Assembly: GCA_011364905.1 (NCBI GenBank)
Contig: RDNZ01000002.1
Coordinates: 102,910-166,909 of the forward strand
Source of the DNA: Candidatus Thorarchaeota archaeon
GTDB taxonomy: Archaea; Asgardarchaeota; Thorarchaeia; Thorarchaeales; Thorarchaeaceae
Length of the DNA: 64,000 nt
Direction: 5' to 3'
Part shown: positions 1-10,041 of the stretch, one piece after another
How positions within the stretch are numbered: position 1 is the stretch's first letter
Layout: every line of letters starts with the position of its first letter
Notes under the pieces: model-generated
Told to the model about the DNA's origin: nothing
The model's database searches: none
The model's input: only the letters and a program-made list of their open reading frames with translations
Position numbers and translations under genes: made by a program

Positions 1-25
1 CACATTTGAGCTATCGCTAGTTTTC

Positions 26-1087
26 ATGCAGATGATCACTCAGTTCTTTGTATGGGTCGGAACCTTAACCTCCCAGATTCCAAACCCCCTAGTTGCTTCC
101 CTGTTGACCAACGGGATACTTGGAGGGGTGGGATTCATCCTCACTTTCGTTCCACCAATATTCTTTCTATACCTAGCAATATCGGTCCTCGAGGATACAG
201 GATATCTCTCCAGAGCAGCGTTTGTCATGGACCGATTTATGATGAAAATGGGGCTTCATGGTAGGTCCTTCATTCCATTACTCCTGGGTTTTGGCTGCAG
301 TGTGGCTGCAGTAATGGCCAGTAGGACCGTTGATGGAAAGTCAAATAGACTTGCAACGATTCTAGTTAGTCCTCTTATGTCATGTGCTGGGAGACTCCCA
401 ATCTACATTCTAATCGCCGGTGTCTTCTTTCCAGCCTATGCCGGGACTGTGGTTTTTCTCATGTACATGCTGGGGATTGTTATGGCAATCATTGTTGCCA
501 TTATCTTCAAGAAGACAATCCTGAGAGAGGAATCTTCTTCGATGCTCATGGAGCTCTCCCAGTATCAGATACCTACTGCCCATGGCTCATTTAGACACAT
601 GTGGGACAGAGGAGTCTTGTTCATACGCACAGCAGGAACCTACCTCTTAGCTGGCAGTGTAGTAATGTGGGGACTATCTGCATTTGGGCCAACTGGATTC
701 GGAGTACCAGTTGACGATTCATTTGCAGCAATGCTCGGACGCGTCGTTGCACCAGTGTTTCTGCCACTTGGATTTAGCTGGCAAATTGTGATGGGATTGA
801 TTTTCGGATTCTTGGCGAAAGAGGCAGTAATTCAAACGTTGGCTATTGTGTATTCAGTTGGAGGGATATCCCTTCAAACCGCGCTCATTTCAAGTGTTAG
901 TCCATTGACTGCTGTCGCTTTGATGGTCTTTGTCTTGCTATACATCCCTTGTCTTGCAACAGTAGGCGCAATTAGGAAAGAAACAGGCTCATGGAGATGG
1001 ACTAGCTTTTCAGTAGTCTATCAACTTATTCTTGGATACACCATTGCTCTCCTGGTTGTCATTATAGGAGGTCTGTTCTTTGTTTAG
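26..1087 (+). CDS. feoB: Ferrous iron transporter FeoB, membrane (gate/C-terminal) part; the gene probably begins before the window
   Basis: FeoB motifs LEDTGYLSRAAFVMD, GRSFIPLLLGFGCSV, PLMSCAGRLPIY, GFLAKEAVI and LYIPCLAT. No GTPase domain in the window, so it is 5'-truncated. Confidence 0.95.
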   Translation: MQMITQFFVWVGTLTSQIPNPLVASLLTNGILGGVGFILTFVPPIFFLYLAISVLEDTGYLSRAAFVMDRFMMKMGLHGRSFIPLLLGFGCSVAAVMASRTVDGKSNRLATILVSPLMSCAGRLPIYILIAGVFFPAYAGTVVFLMYMLGIVMAIIVAIIFKKTILREESSSMLMELSQYQIPTAHGSFRHMWDRGVLFIRTAGTYLLAGSVVMWGLSAFGPTGFGVPVDDSFAAMLGRVVAPVFLPLGFSWQIVMGLIFGFLAKEAVIQTLAIVYSVGGISLQTALISSVSPLTAVALMVFVLLYIPCLATVGAIRKETGSWRWTSFSVVYQLILGYTIALLVVIIGGLFFV

Positions 1088-1556
1088 ACCAGAATTAGCC
1101 GTTCCCAAAGAGAGCAGGCTGCCAGCCATCCTAACCTTACTAATTGGGCTTGCTTATCTTATCGTTGGAGGCTTCGAAGTTCTCTCGAGCCTGCATTTGA
1201 TACCTCCAATTGTAGGATTCACGGACCTCCTGGGAGGTATTCTACTCATGATAATTTCAAGTGTCTTCTTAACAGGAGTAAAACCGCTACTGAAGAACGA
1301 TCAAGAGGGGTATGCCTTCGTCGCTGTCGGATATATATTGGCTGCACTCTTGTTTGGACTACAAATACTGGTGATCTTGACGAATGCTCTCGGATGGTTC
1401 CTCCATTTCGAGAACTGGGTCTCTTGGAATATATGGACTGACTTTACGCCTTCGCTCTGGATGTTTATCATCTTGATGACAGGAACAGGGTCCGTATGGG
1501 CTATTGGAAACATGAGAGACAAGATCATGGGTGTGAAAAAGGAGGACTCTCAATGA
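1080..1556 (+). CDS. 4-TM membrane protein in the feo operon
   Basis: Overlaps the feoB stop; four hydrophobic segments. Confidence 0.75.
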   Translation: MFRPELAVPKESRLPAILTLLIGLAYLIVGGFEVLSSLHLIPPIVGFTDLLGGILLMIISSVFLTGVKPLLKNDQEGYAFVAVGYILAALLFGLQILVILTNALGWFLHFENWVSWNIWTDFTPSLWMFIILMTGTGSVWAIGNMRDKIMGVKKEDSQ

Positions 1557-1840
1557 TGATCAGGAAAATCCTGAAGATAATAATATCTAGAGGAATGCTT
1601 GACAAAAATCAAATTGCGCGCGAAGTGGGGATTCAAGTTGAAACTCTGGATGATATCATTCGACTGCTTGTGGAAAGAGGCTATCTCCGGAGGGAAATAA
1701 ATGGATGTGAAATGGCATCTTCCTGTTCTGGATGCCACAATGCTTCAGGTTGCAACATGGTGACTCAGACAGGGCAAGTACTCTATGTAACAGAGAAAGG
1801 CAAAACATACGCTTCGAAAAATGGAGGTGAAGATGAGTGA
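1553..1840 (+). CDS. feoC: FeoC-like winged-helix protein with a Cys cluster
   Basis: GGAGG RBS at 1541 and ATG at 1553. wHTH (QIAREVGI...LLVERGYL) followed by C-x5-C-x2-C-x5-C; feo context. Confidence 0.8.
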   Translation: MMIRKILKIIISRGMLDKNQIAREVGIQVETLDDIIRLLVERGYLRREINGCEMASSCSGCHNASGCNMVTQTGQVLYVTEKGKTYASKNGGEDE

Positions 1841-2235
1841 ACTCACCAGAAACTGATGAAATTGAACTCACAAAAGCTCTTGAAATGTATGTCAAGGTGG
1901 CCTATGAGCTGGAAGAAGAGTTTGGAACTGCAACGGTTTCAGACATGGCTGAACGTCTTGGGGTCAAAGCTCCAAGTGTTACAGCAGCTCTTCAGAAATT
2001 GGACACAATTGGCATGGTCAAATATCGACGCTATCAAAACGTTAAGCTCACGAAGCTGGGAAAAACTGTTGCGAAAAAACTTCTCAACCGAAATAAAACA
2101 CTGATGGACTTTCTTCTCATGATAGGGGTGGACAAAGAGATAGCAACAACTGATGCGTGTGAGATTGAGCATGTGGTGAATCCGCAAACAGTAGAGAAGC
2201 TTACTGAGTATTTAGAAAAACTTTCAAAGAATTGA
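1837..2235 (+). CDS. DtxR/MntR-family metal-dependent transcriptional regulator
   Basis: DMAERLGVKAPSVT HTH, LTKLG wing and DACEIEH metal-binding motif. Confidence 0.92.
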   Translation: MNSPETDEIELTKALEMYVKVAYELEEEFGTATVSDMAERLGVKAPSVTAALQKLDTIGMVKYRRYQNVKLTKLGKTVAKKLLNRNKTLMDFLLMIGVDKEIATTDACEIEHVVNPQTVEKLTEYLEKLSKN

Positions 2236-2337
2236 AGATTCGATGTAGTCAAATGTTAAATGGGAATAGATTGTATATCTGAAATATAGTACGCTATTGA
2301 TATCCAAGGTCCCTAGGAATCGTGGGAGGCGACGCCT

Positions 2338-2907
2338 GTGAGTTCGCGACAAGAAGTGTATAGAATTCTTATAGCTGGTGATGAGGAGCTTGGATTCAGT
2401 TTCTGTGCAAAATCACTGGATAGAGATCTCATTGACCCAAGAACTGTAGCAAGAGAGTCATTAGAATCAGAATGGCCGAAGGATGAATGGACCAAACACA
2501 TTACTGTTTCTCATTATGGGCTGATTGCTACTCTTGAACTTGACCTAGAGCTGCATGGACCCTGGGTTTGGGAACTATATGAAACATTGGAACCTCGAGA
2601 TTATTTCAGAAGATTTGCAGGACTGGTGCTGTGTGCAAATCCTATGCGCGAAACTTTACCTTCAGAGCTATCGAATCTAATGGAAATGATTAATCTTCAT
2701 GTCGGACAGCCCTTGCCCACAGCTATGGTGGTTGACCGTTCTAAGAAGCTTCTGAAGGGACAAACAGAAGCTCTTCGCAATATTGCCGAAACCCTCAATG
2801 TACCAATTTTTTTCATACATCTAAAGACGGGAGAAAACATTGACAAGGCGCTCAAGAATGTGGCGACTCGCATTTTTGTAAAGGAACACTTCGTTCAGAG
2901 TGAGTGA
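2338..2907 (+). CDS. Degenerate Ras/Rab-like small GTPase (pseudo-GTPase)
   Basis: YRILIAGDEELGFS (G1 without Lys), DYFRRFAGLVLC and G5-like HLKTGENIDKAL; G3 and G4 are lost. Confidence 0.65.
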   Translation: MSSRQEVYRILIAGDEELGFSFCAKSLDRDLIDPRTVARESLESEWPKDEWTKHITVSHYGLIATLELDLELHGPWVWELYETLEPRDYFRRFAGLVLCANPMRETLPSELSNLMEMINLHVGQPLPTAMVVDRSKKLLKGQTEALRNIAETLNVPIFFIHLKTGENIDKALKNVATRIFVKEHFVQSE

Positions 2908-2926
2908 GAAGAACTCTTCTATGAAA

Positions 2927-5900
2927 CTAACCACCCCATTCTGTTGGTAATCCATCAATGGTTCCGCGAATTCGTCTACGCAGAGCAAAGCCGATTAAAC
3001 CCAGGATTGGGACACCAGCCACGACCGGAGTTGTTCCAGCATCAAGAGGTATTTTGAGGGGAACTTGTGTTGACATGAACTGAAGCTCACTCTCAGCCAT
3101 CATCGTTATTGGAAGACCGAGAATCCTTACTCTGATGGTGTATTGTCCTTCCATCTCCAATACGGTGTGTAACATCAAATCAACATTGGCACCAATACTA
3201 CTTGTCTTGTTCAGCAGTAAACTACCCTGCGGGTCATACAAGGCAATAGTCAAAGTCCCAGTCCAATCGGTATTCACACCTTGGATTGTACTAAACAACT
3301 TCAGTGTACAGTTAGAATTCACATATGGCTCTGTTTGCAGATCAAGAGCGAAGCTTACCAAAGGTCTTACTTTCAGGTGTAAGTCTACTGCACATGGGGC
3401 TAATGATTCAGTCCCCGCATAGTAGATTCTGACTACATACTCTCCTGCGAGTAATCCATCCAGTGTAGTGGATGCTATGCCCCTACTGTTTGTGACTACT
3501 ATGCGTTCTAATACCACATCTTGTTTCAGAATGACAATTATCGAAACATCGGTCCCGCCAAGAGTCGACAAACTACTGGTAAGTGCCGCCTCAATCTGTA
3601 CTGGGACTCCATAGTCCACAGGTTCTAAGGCATCTGTTGTAAACGTTGTCGGCCGTCGAGTGAGAATGGCCAACTCCCAAACTGTAGGCAAACGCCATTC
3701 ATCCCCAATGTATCTCACAACAAGGGTGTAGTTTCCCGTCCATGATGGTGTCCATGAGATTGTGGCAAGCCCATCAACCAATCCCACCGGTGTCATGTCG
3801 CCTAGGATTCCATAAATCTCGGTCCCATCAGGACGGTACAGACTAACCCAAAGAGTCATATCAGCCATGGTGTCATTCAGAGAGTCCGCAAGCCGGAATG
3901 TGACACTATGTTTCTGATTGATGATGCCAGATAGAATAGCTGTGACAGACTCAATCTTGCTTTGCGTGGTGACTTTGAGTGGGATTATCAAGACTGATCC
4001 TGTTCGGGAAGTCGATTCTATGATTGTTATGTTCAGTGTATAGTCTCCAACCTCAAGACCATAGAGACTGAGGTTCATTTCATCTTCAACAAACCATGAT
4101 ACTATGTCTACAAGACCACTGGAATTCGTCAGTGTGATTTCCACATTCAACTTTGCAGTGTCGAGTGTTGTCCCAAGCTCATCTATTACACAGACTGTAA
4201 GATTATCCTCGCTCGCTCTATCTATCGACGCCGGTCCGTCAAGCACAATGGTGCTAGTTCCTTTCACTGATATTTCCAATGCAGCATTAGATGAGTGATA
4301 GTGGTCAGATCCAGCAAAGGAAAAGATGACAGTGTAATTTCCTCCCCGCAAGAGTAGTATTACAACTACCTCTGGCTCTACACCCGGTTGAATGAAACTG
4401 CCACTCACCACTAGTCCCTGTAGGTTGTGGTGTGCTTCCCATTGGATTGTCCTTCCTTCAAGTGGAGTACCTCCTGAGTCTACAAGCAACACTGTAACAT
4501 TCAGCGGCACTAGACCAGCGATTATGTCCGCATCATTCTGAAGTTCAAGGATGACCGATGTTCCGTAGGTGGAGTGCGCCACCATAGAGTCACTGTCTGG
4601 AAGATAGGTCGCAAGCCCAAAGAAGTCAGCTCGGACTGTCCAGTAACCTTGTTCATCTATCACGATATTCCATGATATGTATCCAGACTCATTGGTCACC
4701 TGACTGACTGATCCAAGGTTGCGAGCTCCATCCACAGACAAATTAACACTCATCCCTACCAACGGATTGCCATAGACATTGTCCAGTCGAGCTGCAACAG
4801 TCAGTGTGTCGCCCACCTCAATGTTTGCATTCTCGATGCTCAGTATGAGAGTTGTTGGGCAGTAGACTGTATGGGTGTCAGGTCCAGTCTCAGTGAAACC
4901 ATGTACAGATGTTGCTCCTGTGGAAGACACGCCTACCCGGTACGCGCCCCACTGGGTAGGAGTGAACTCTACATGTGCATAGCCATCAATTGTATCGCGG
5001 TTCAACGAGAAGAGTAGATTGAGGTAGATATCATAGACATAGATTCTCACGCGCAGTCCATCAATAGCAAGACCTAGATCATCTGTGACCGACACTGTGA
5101 CGCTAGTCTGCTGCCCGACACATGGCGGCTCGGGAGATAGATCAGTCACCACATGAGCATAAGTCATGACTGTGAGGTCAATTTGTCTGTCCCCACCTAG
5201 CATGAACTGGTCCTCTGCAGGGGCTGCAGTGACTATAAGCAGCCCATGCGCATCATCAGCAAGATAAACTACACTGGCTATCCCTGATCCATCAGTGAGA
5301 ATGTGTTCTGTCCAAATAGGTACGAGATCCATGCCTAGCACTTGGAAAACAATGTCTACTCCGGATACCACCGAAGTGGATGAGAGGGTGTAAGTCAGAG
5401 TGACAGAACCAAACAGGTCTATCTGAGAAGTATTCAGTCCCAGTATCCCATTCACGACTTCCATGACTGACATAGAGGATTCAGTGGAGTTACCCTGATA
5501 GTAGGTGTCCGCAACATGCGTCAGTGAAATCATTGCAAGTCCACGATTTACTGGGCTCCAATAAATAGCAACGAGACCGTTCACAGAACTGACTTGTGTC
5601 TGGAGAATAGTGTTTCCATCCATTTCGATGAGAAATGAAAGCAGCTTCCCTCCAATGTAATGCCCAAAATTGTCTTGGATCCCGACTAGGAATTCTGCAG
5701 AATCTCCGACATTGACGGTAGGACCATGGGTGAGTATCATTGTGGGAGTGACGACGACTCGCTGTATCACTGAGTCACTGACAGATGCGTTCAAACCAAA
5801 GCCCGTATAGAGTGCTCTCACCCAGAAATCTCCAATGAGGACGAACTGGTGAGATGTCGAACATGTGCCATCTAGACCAGTATAGACTATAGTGGAACTT

Positions 5901-8900
5901 ATCTCAGTCCCATTGTACCATGAAACATCTATCTCCACTGGCGTTCCTCTTAGTGGTGCGCCTGTCCAGTCCAACACAAGCGCATTAATGCCCAGTGTTG
6001 TTCCCTGACTCACTGGTTGTCCAGGGAGGCTGAGAAGTAGAGTGGTTCTACCTAGAGCCAACGTCTGTGACTGATTGTTGATTCCAAGTAGCCATCCCTG
6101 TGCGGGGACAGACACTATTACTATGAGGTTTCCTGGCGAGTCGATGCTCAGCACAAAGTCAACCAAACCTTCCCCTGTTGTAGTATTCATCGAATCAAGA
6201 ATTGTGATTCCATCCAGTGTAACAAGAGTGTTTATAGAAGCACCTGAGATAGCCTGGGAGTTGGAATCCTCAATTGAGACCGTTAGTGTTGTTGAGCCTG
6301 GGGCAATTGGATCTTGTCCCATCTGGATTAGGACAGTTGGTTTCTCGTATACATCCACAGTCCCATTGGAGTCACTCGCCACGAGGACTCCATTCCTCTC
6401 GAAATGAAGATTGAAGGTGTACTGACCTCTGCTGATTGGAGTCCAGCTGAAGTAACTAAGACCATCAACAGACATCATCGTATCTGTGTGAATGATGCTC
6501 ATCCCCTCATCCCAGATGGTAAGGATGACCGCCTGTCCTGCGATGGCTGATCCATTGGACTTCAAAAGAAGTGAAAAGGGAATCAAGCTCTCATTCCCGA
6601 CTCCTCCAACCAGTGTAGAAGTTGATGAGATTTGAGTATCAACTGGTTGTGCGATGGATACCGTCTGCCAGACTACGAGATTGTCGAAACCACTCTTGTG
6701 CATAGTGACGATGAGGTTGTAGGGGCCAGCACCCAAATCATCGGTTGGTAGTGAGAAGTCATAAGGGCTTTCAGCAGTGGAGGCCAAGTCATTGAACCAA
6801 GAGCCATTAGACAAACGGATGTTAATATCAGTGGCTCCTACTAATCCTCCTCCAGACAAAGTCCATGACACAGTTCCAGAGATGAGGTCGCCCCTGACAA
6901 CATTCGGAGTTTGCAGTATGAGATCACCTTCTATAGAACCGTGCACATCAATCGAACCCCCATCAAAAGCCCGTATGGCACCCAGATCCCAGACCATAAC
7001 GGAAACATCCTGAATCCCTATTGCATTCACATCTGACAGAATAACAATGGACAACATATCTGAATTTGCAATGTCTTCGAACAGGATCCATGAGTCAAAG
7101 GCTCGAACATAAACAGAGTGTGTTGTTCGTTCCGAGTTGATTGAAACAGCGATATCTAGTGAGTCCCCGAGCTGCGCAGTGGAGGGTATCGAGATGGTGA
7201 GAGAGCAACCTTCTACCGGGACCATTTGAGGCCGAAGACCAAGAACGGACACCATGTCCAGTACTCCTGCTGTGTAGACGGGTTGCCAAATGGTTGACGA
7301 GTTGAACCAACCTTCTGTAAAATGAGTTCCAAGTGCTCCAAGGACCGAGCTCCGATTAACTGCATGCAAGCCTACAGGAAATGTGGTATTCAAGAGAGCA
7401 AGTGTCTTGATATCCCAGCTAAGGGCCCAAAGATCAGTATACTGCAAACGTGAGTTGATTGCGTTGGCAATCTCATTTGCCATAACAGGCGTAACGAGAT
7501 CAAGTCTCAAAGCTGCACGGGTGCACAAGAAATCTATGGCGGATTGTACTCCTGCAAAAGGTGCAAGGTCCCAACCTGCCGCGTTCCATCTTCCTGAGGA
7601 GTAGAGAGAGAGTACCGAAGACTCCAACGCAGACCGATACCACATCGTATCAAGCTCATCTAACTGGTATAATGCTTCCACCGCTGCCACTGTGTATTGC
7701 ATGTGTTGTGTGCCCATGACAGAGGGACGATACTGACCTCCAGTGTCCTGTCTGAGTGAAAGATATAGGGTGATATATGAAACCTGACTCGGGGAGAGAA
7801 CTATCTCATTATCGCCTGCAAGACAGGATCCAAAGTACTGTGCCCACACACCAGTGAGATAATACTGTTGATTATCATACTCGGGAGCACCCAGAACTGT
7901 GAGGTTTGATTGACCGGGATATTGAGTCAATGCGGTTCCTGTGAATCTACTAAGATAGTCGTCCAGTAAATAGTAATCCGGTTTACCAGAATGAGCCAAA
8001 CGATTTACCTCGGCTAACCAATAGGACCACATGAGTGAAGGTATTTCTTCCATAGCCTCAAAACCAGCATGACTCTGGATTCCGTTAATGTAAGCGAGGA
8101 CTCCACTTGCCAATGGACTTGTTGTTTCTCCTAGCTCTTTCAGACTCGTAGCTACTTCGGTTGCAGCCCAGGTTTTACCGACAATGTCTTGTGAGGATTC
8201 ACCCATGCCGAAACCTCCAGAGGGTAGTTGATTTGCAGTGAGCCAGTTCAGCCCTCCAGTTTTGTTTGATGCTGTTAGAGTCCCTAGGATTGACATGGTC
8301 GTAAGGGCAGAGGAAGTCCCTCTAGTGACATACATGTCAGCACTGACTGTATCTCTAAAAGAACCATCGCCGTTAGATGTGTCCTGAATCCACTCGGTTA
8401 GCTTAAGTGGATCAGTGTGGGCTTTCCCCAACATCCAGAGAGATTGAACATATTGAGAAGAATAGATGTTTCGTGCCTCTCCAGTTGTAGGATTTTTGGC
8501 TACTCCCCCCCAGTTATCAGGCGTTCCTGTACTTCCATCCACGACGCAAGACCTGAGCCAAGACTCCAGGGAGACCCTATTGATTTGATTGAGGCCTCCG
8601 CTCTCATAAAGGGATTCGGTCACGTGATAGGTCACTGTCATATGATTTGAAAATCCACCTTCAGAATCTTGCTGTGAACTTAGCCAAGCAGAGAGCTTGG
8701 TAACACTGAACTGTGATTCCAGACTCATCACTGAGGTGAGCCAGAGACCCATTGCAGTGGAGTCCTCAGAAATTACTCCGTCGTAGATTGACTCGGTAAA
8801 ACCGGCCTCTGATCCTGAATCCACATAGAGGTTCTGGAGAACAGACTGAACGAGTAATTGATTGTCATACTGCCAACCGCTAAAAGTTCCAGTATCCAGC

Positions 8901-9790
8901 AAGTCGCGGACTGCGTGTACTGCCAGATATGTGCTTGATATGCTCGGAGTATGAGAATAGTGCAGCCCTCCAGCCAGCGTCAGTCCCTGCTTAGACTGTT
9001 TTGCCTGCAAGAGACTTGCAAGAGAGGTTTCTCGCAATGCGGTACAGTATGCAAGTGTGTTCACAAGGAGACCCTTCCCATCCCCTGTCCACTGAGCAGG
9101 GTCTTCTGGGCCAAATAGGAACACATCGAGAGGCCAAGAATCATAACGCAATGGAGAGAGAGCTGCGGGTGTGGTGGTTCCCGTGAGATCTATCAACCGA
9201 GACCGTTCAGCCTGCACTTCATCCACGGGCAGATTCAAGCCGCTCTCCATGGTGAGGAGCGAACCAGGGGTGAGGCTTATCGGTTGAGAGAGGAAGACTG
9301 CTTCTTCGTACTCGGGTGTAGTCTGCAGATGAGTACTAAGGCTTGCAGTCGATTCGGGTGGACTGGTCTGTCTTAGTCTATAAATGAGCCATGCGGCTCG
9401 ACCGACCAATATAGTGGGAAGGTCCAGTCGGACCAGAAGAGTGATGAACTCATCGCTCACTGCGGCTCCATCGTTGGACCCGCAACTGGCATCTACTATG
9501 AGAGCTTGTGCCTCATCGAGAAGAGAGGAGTTAGCCAGGATCTCGCTTACATTGTACTTTGCATGTGGAACATTATTATCACTGAGCAACGATGAGAGAG
9601 AAGAACCTCGTGGAACAATAGATGCTCCAGTGAGTTCAATGATGATATACAAACCCAGAGAAGTCGGAGTTCCCGCACTTGAAGAAGGCATCATTGGTTT
9701 ATTCAAAGTGACATCGTCATTCGTCACATCTGACACCCCAGAGATTGCCGGACTGCACATGACCCAGATCATGATAATGATAACAAACAA
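2927..9790 (-). CDS. 2287-aa cell-surface protein: signal peptide, prenyltransferase/squalene-cyclase-type alpha/alpha repeats, many Ig-like domains, C-terminal TM anchor
   Basis: Hydrophobic N-terminus; repeats WLSSQQDSEGGF, WIQDTSNGDGSF and WLTANQLPSGGF; beta-rich repeats ending in [YF]xG...[YL]xPS; C-terminal VVAGVPILGLIGFALRRR. Confidence 0.85.
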   Translation of the reverse strand: MFVIIIMIWVMCSPAISGVSDVTNDDVTLNKPMMPSSSAGTPTSLGLYIIIELTGASIVPRGSSLSSLLSDNNVPHAKYNVSEILANSSLLDEAQALIVDASCGSNDGAAVSDEFITLLVRLDLPTILVGRAAWLIYRLRQTSPPESTASLSTHLQTTPEYEEAVFLSQPISLTPGSLLTMESGLNLPVDEVQAERSRLIDLTGTTTPAALSPLRYDSWPLDVFLFGPEDPAQWTGDGKGLLVNTLAYCTALRETSLASLLQAKQSKQGLTLAGGLHYSHTPSISSTYLAVHAVRDLLDTGTFSGWQYDNQLLVQSVLQNLYVDSGSEAGFTESIYDGVISEDSTAMGLWLTSVMSLESQFSVTKLSAWLSSQQDSEGGFSNHMTVTYHVTESLYESGGLNQINRVSLESWLRSCVVDGSTGTPDNWGGVAKNPTTGEARNIYSSQYVQSLWMLGKAHTDPLKLTEWIQDTSNGDGSFRDTVSADMYVTRGTSSALTTMSILGTLTASNKTGGLNWLTANQLPSGGFGMGESSQDIVGKTWAATEVATSLKELGETTSPLASGVLAYINGIQSHAGFEAMEEIPSLMWSYWLAEVNRLAHSGKPDYYLLDDYLSRFTGTALTQYPGQSNLTVLGAPEYDNQQYYLTGVWAQYFGSCLAGDNEIVLSPSQVSYITLYLSLRQDTGGQYRPSVMGTQHMQYTVAAVEALYQLDELDTMWYRSALESSVLSLYSSGRWNAAGWDLAPFAGVQSAIDFLCTRAALRLDLVTPVMANEIANAINSRLQYTDLWALSWDIKTLALLNTTFPVGLHAVNRSSVLGALGTHFTEGWFNSSTIWQPVYTAGVLDMVSVLGLRPQMVPVEGCSLTISIPSTAQLGDSLDIAVSINSERTTHSVYVRAFDSWILFEDIANSDMLSIVILSDVNAIGIQDVSVMVWDLGAIRAFDGGSIDVHGSIEGDLILQTPNVVRGDLISGTVSWTLSGGGLVGATDINIRLSNGSWFNDLASTAESPYDFSLPTDDLGAGPYNLIVTMHKSGFDNLVVWQTVSIAQPVDTQISSTSTLVGGVGNESLIPFSLLLKSNGSAIAGQAVILTIWDEGMSIIHTDTMMSVDGLSYFSWTPISRGQYTFNLHFERNGVLVASDSNGTVDVYEKPTVLIQMGQDPIAPGSTTLTVSIEDSNSQAISGASINTLVTLDGITILDSMNTTTGEGLVDFVLSIDSPGNLIVIVSVPAQGWLLGINNQSQTLALGRTTLLLSLPGQPVSQGTTLGINALVLDWTGAPLRGTPVEIDVSWYNGTEISSTIVYTGLDGTCSTSHQFVLIGDFWVRALYTGFGLNASVSDSVIQRVVVTPTMILTHGPTVNVGDSAEFLVGIQDNFGHYIGGKLLSFLIEMDGNTILQTQVSSVNGLVAIYWSPVNRGLAMISLTHVADTYYQGNSTESSMSVMEVVNGILGLNTSQIDLFGSVTLTYTLSSTSVVSGVDIVFQVLGMDLVPIWTEHILTDGSGIASVVYLADDAHGLLIVTAAPAEDQFMLGGDRQIDLTVMTYAHVVTDLSPEPPCVGQQTSVTVSVTDDLGLAIDGLRVRIYVYDIYLNLLFSLNRDTIDGYAHVEFTPTQWGAYRVGVSSTGATSVHGFTETGPDTHTVYCPTTLILSIENANIEVGDTLTVAARLDNVYGNPLVGMSVNLSVDGARNLGSVSQVTNESGYISWNIVIDEQGYWTVRADFFGLATYLPDSDSMVAHSTYGTSVILELQNDADIIAGLVPLNVTVLLVDSGGTPLEGRTIQWEAHHNLQGLVVSGSFIQPGVEPEVVVILLLRGGNYTVIFSFAGSDHYHSSNAALEISVKGTSTIVLDGPASIDRASEDNLTVCVIDELGTTLDTAKLNVEITLTNSSGLVDIVSWFVEDEMNLSLYGLEVGDYTLNITIIESTSRTGSVLIIPLKVTTQSKIESVTAILSGIINQKHSVTFRLADSLNDTMADMTLWVSLYRPDGTEIYGILGDMTPVGLVDGLATISWTPSWTGNYTLVVRYIGDEWRLPTVWELAILTRRPTTFTTDALEPVDYGVPVQIEAALTSSLSTLGGTDVSIIVILKQDVVLERIVVTNSRGIASTTLDGLLAGEYVVRIYYAGTESLAPCAVDLHLKVRPLVSFALDLQTEPYVNSNCTLKLFSTIQGVNTDWTGTLTIALYDPQGSLLLNKTSSIGANVDLMLHTVLEMEGQYTIRVRILGLPITMMAESELQFMSTQVPLKIPLDAGTTPVVAGVPILGLIGFALRRRIRGTIDGLPTEWGG

Positions 9791-9801
9791 TCCTTTGGTC
9801 C

Positions 9802-10041
9802 TCAGCTCAAATCCCTCCAGTGGTTTTTACGGGATGTAAGGAGCATCTTCGATGTCACGTTCGAGTCCAATGGTTCATAGACCAATTCCTCAGCAGGGTG
9901 CTCAGGCTCGGACTTAATATGAGTAGAGAGGGATAGATGACTCTGAGAAGAGAGATTGGATTTGAGGGTGGGAGAAAGAAGAGCCACGCAATCTATCCGA
10001 GCCTGAACCTGATTCTCCTTTTCACTATTATACAAATTCAT
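9802..10041 (-). CDS. Possible small protein (79 aa)
   Basis: ATGA overlap with the upstream gene and a GGAGGTG RBS; fills the gap to the large gene. No recognisable family. Confidence 0.4.
   Translation of the reverse strand: MNLYNSEKENQVQARIDCVALLSPTLKSNLSSQSHLSLSTHIKSEPEHPAEELVYEPLDSNVTSKMLLTSRKNHWRDLS

Noticed and set aside
2927-9790. Alpha-2-macroglobulin or squalene-hopene cyclase call
   Set aside because: No CxEQ thioester and no DxDD cyclase motif seen; only the repeat fold is supported.
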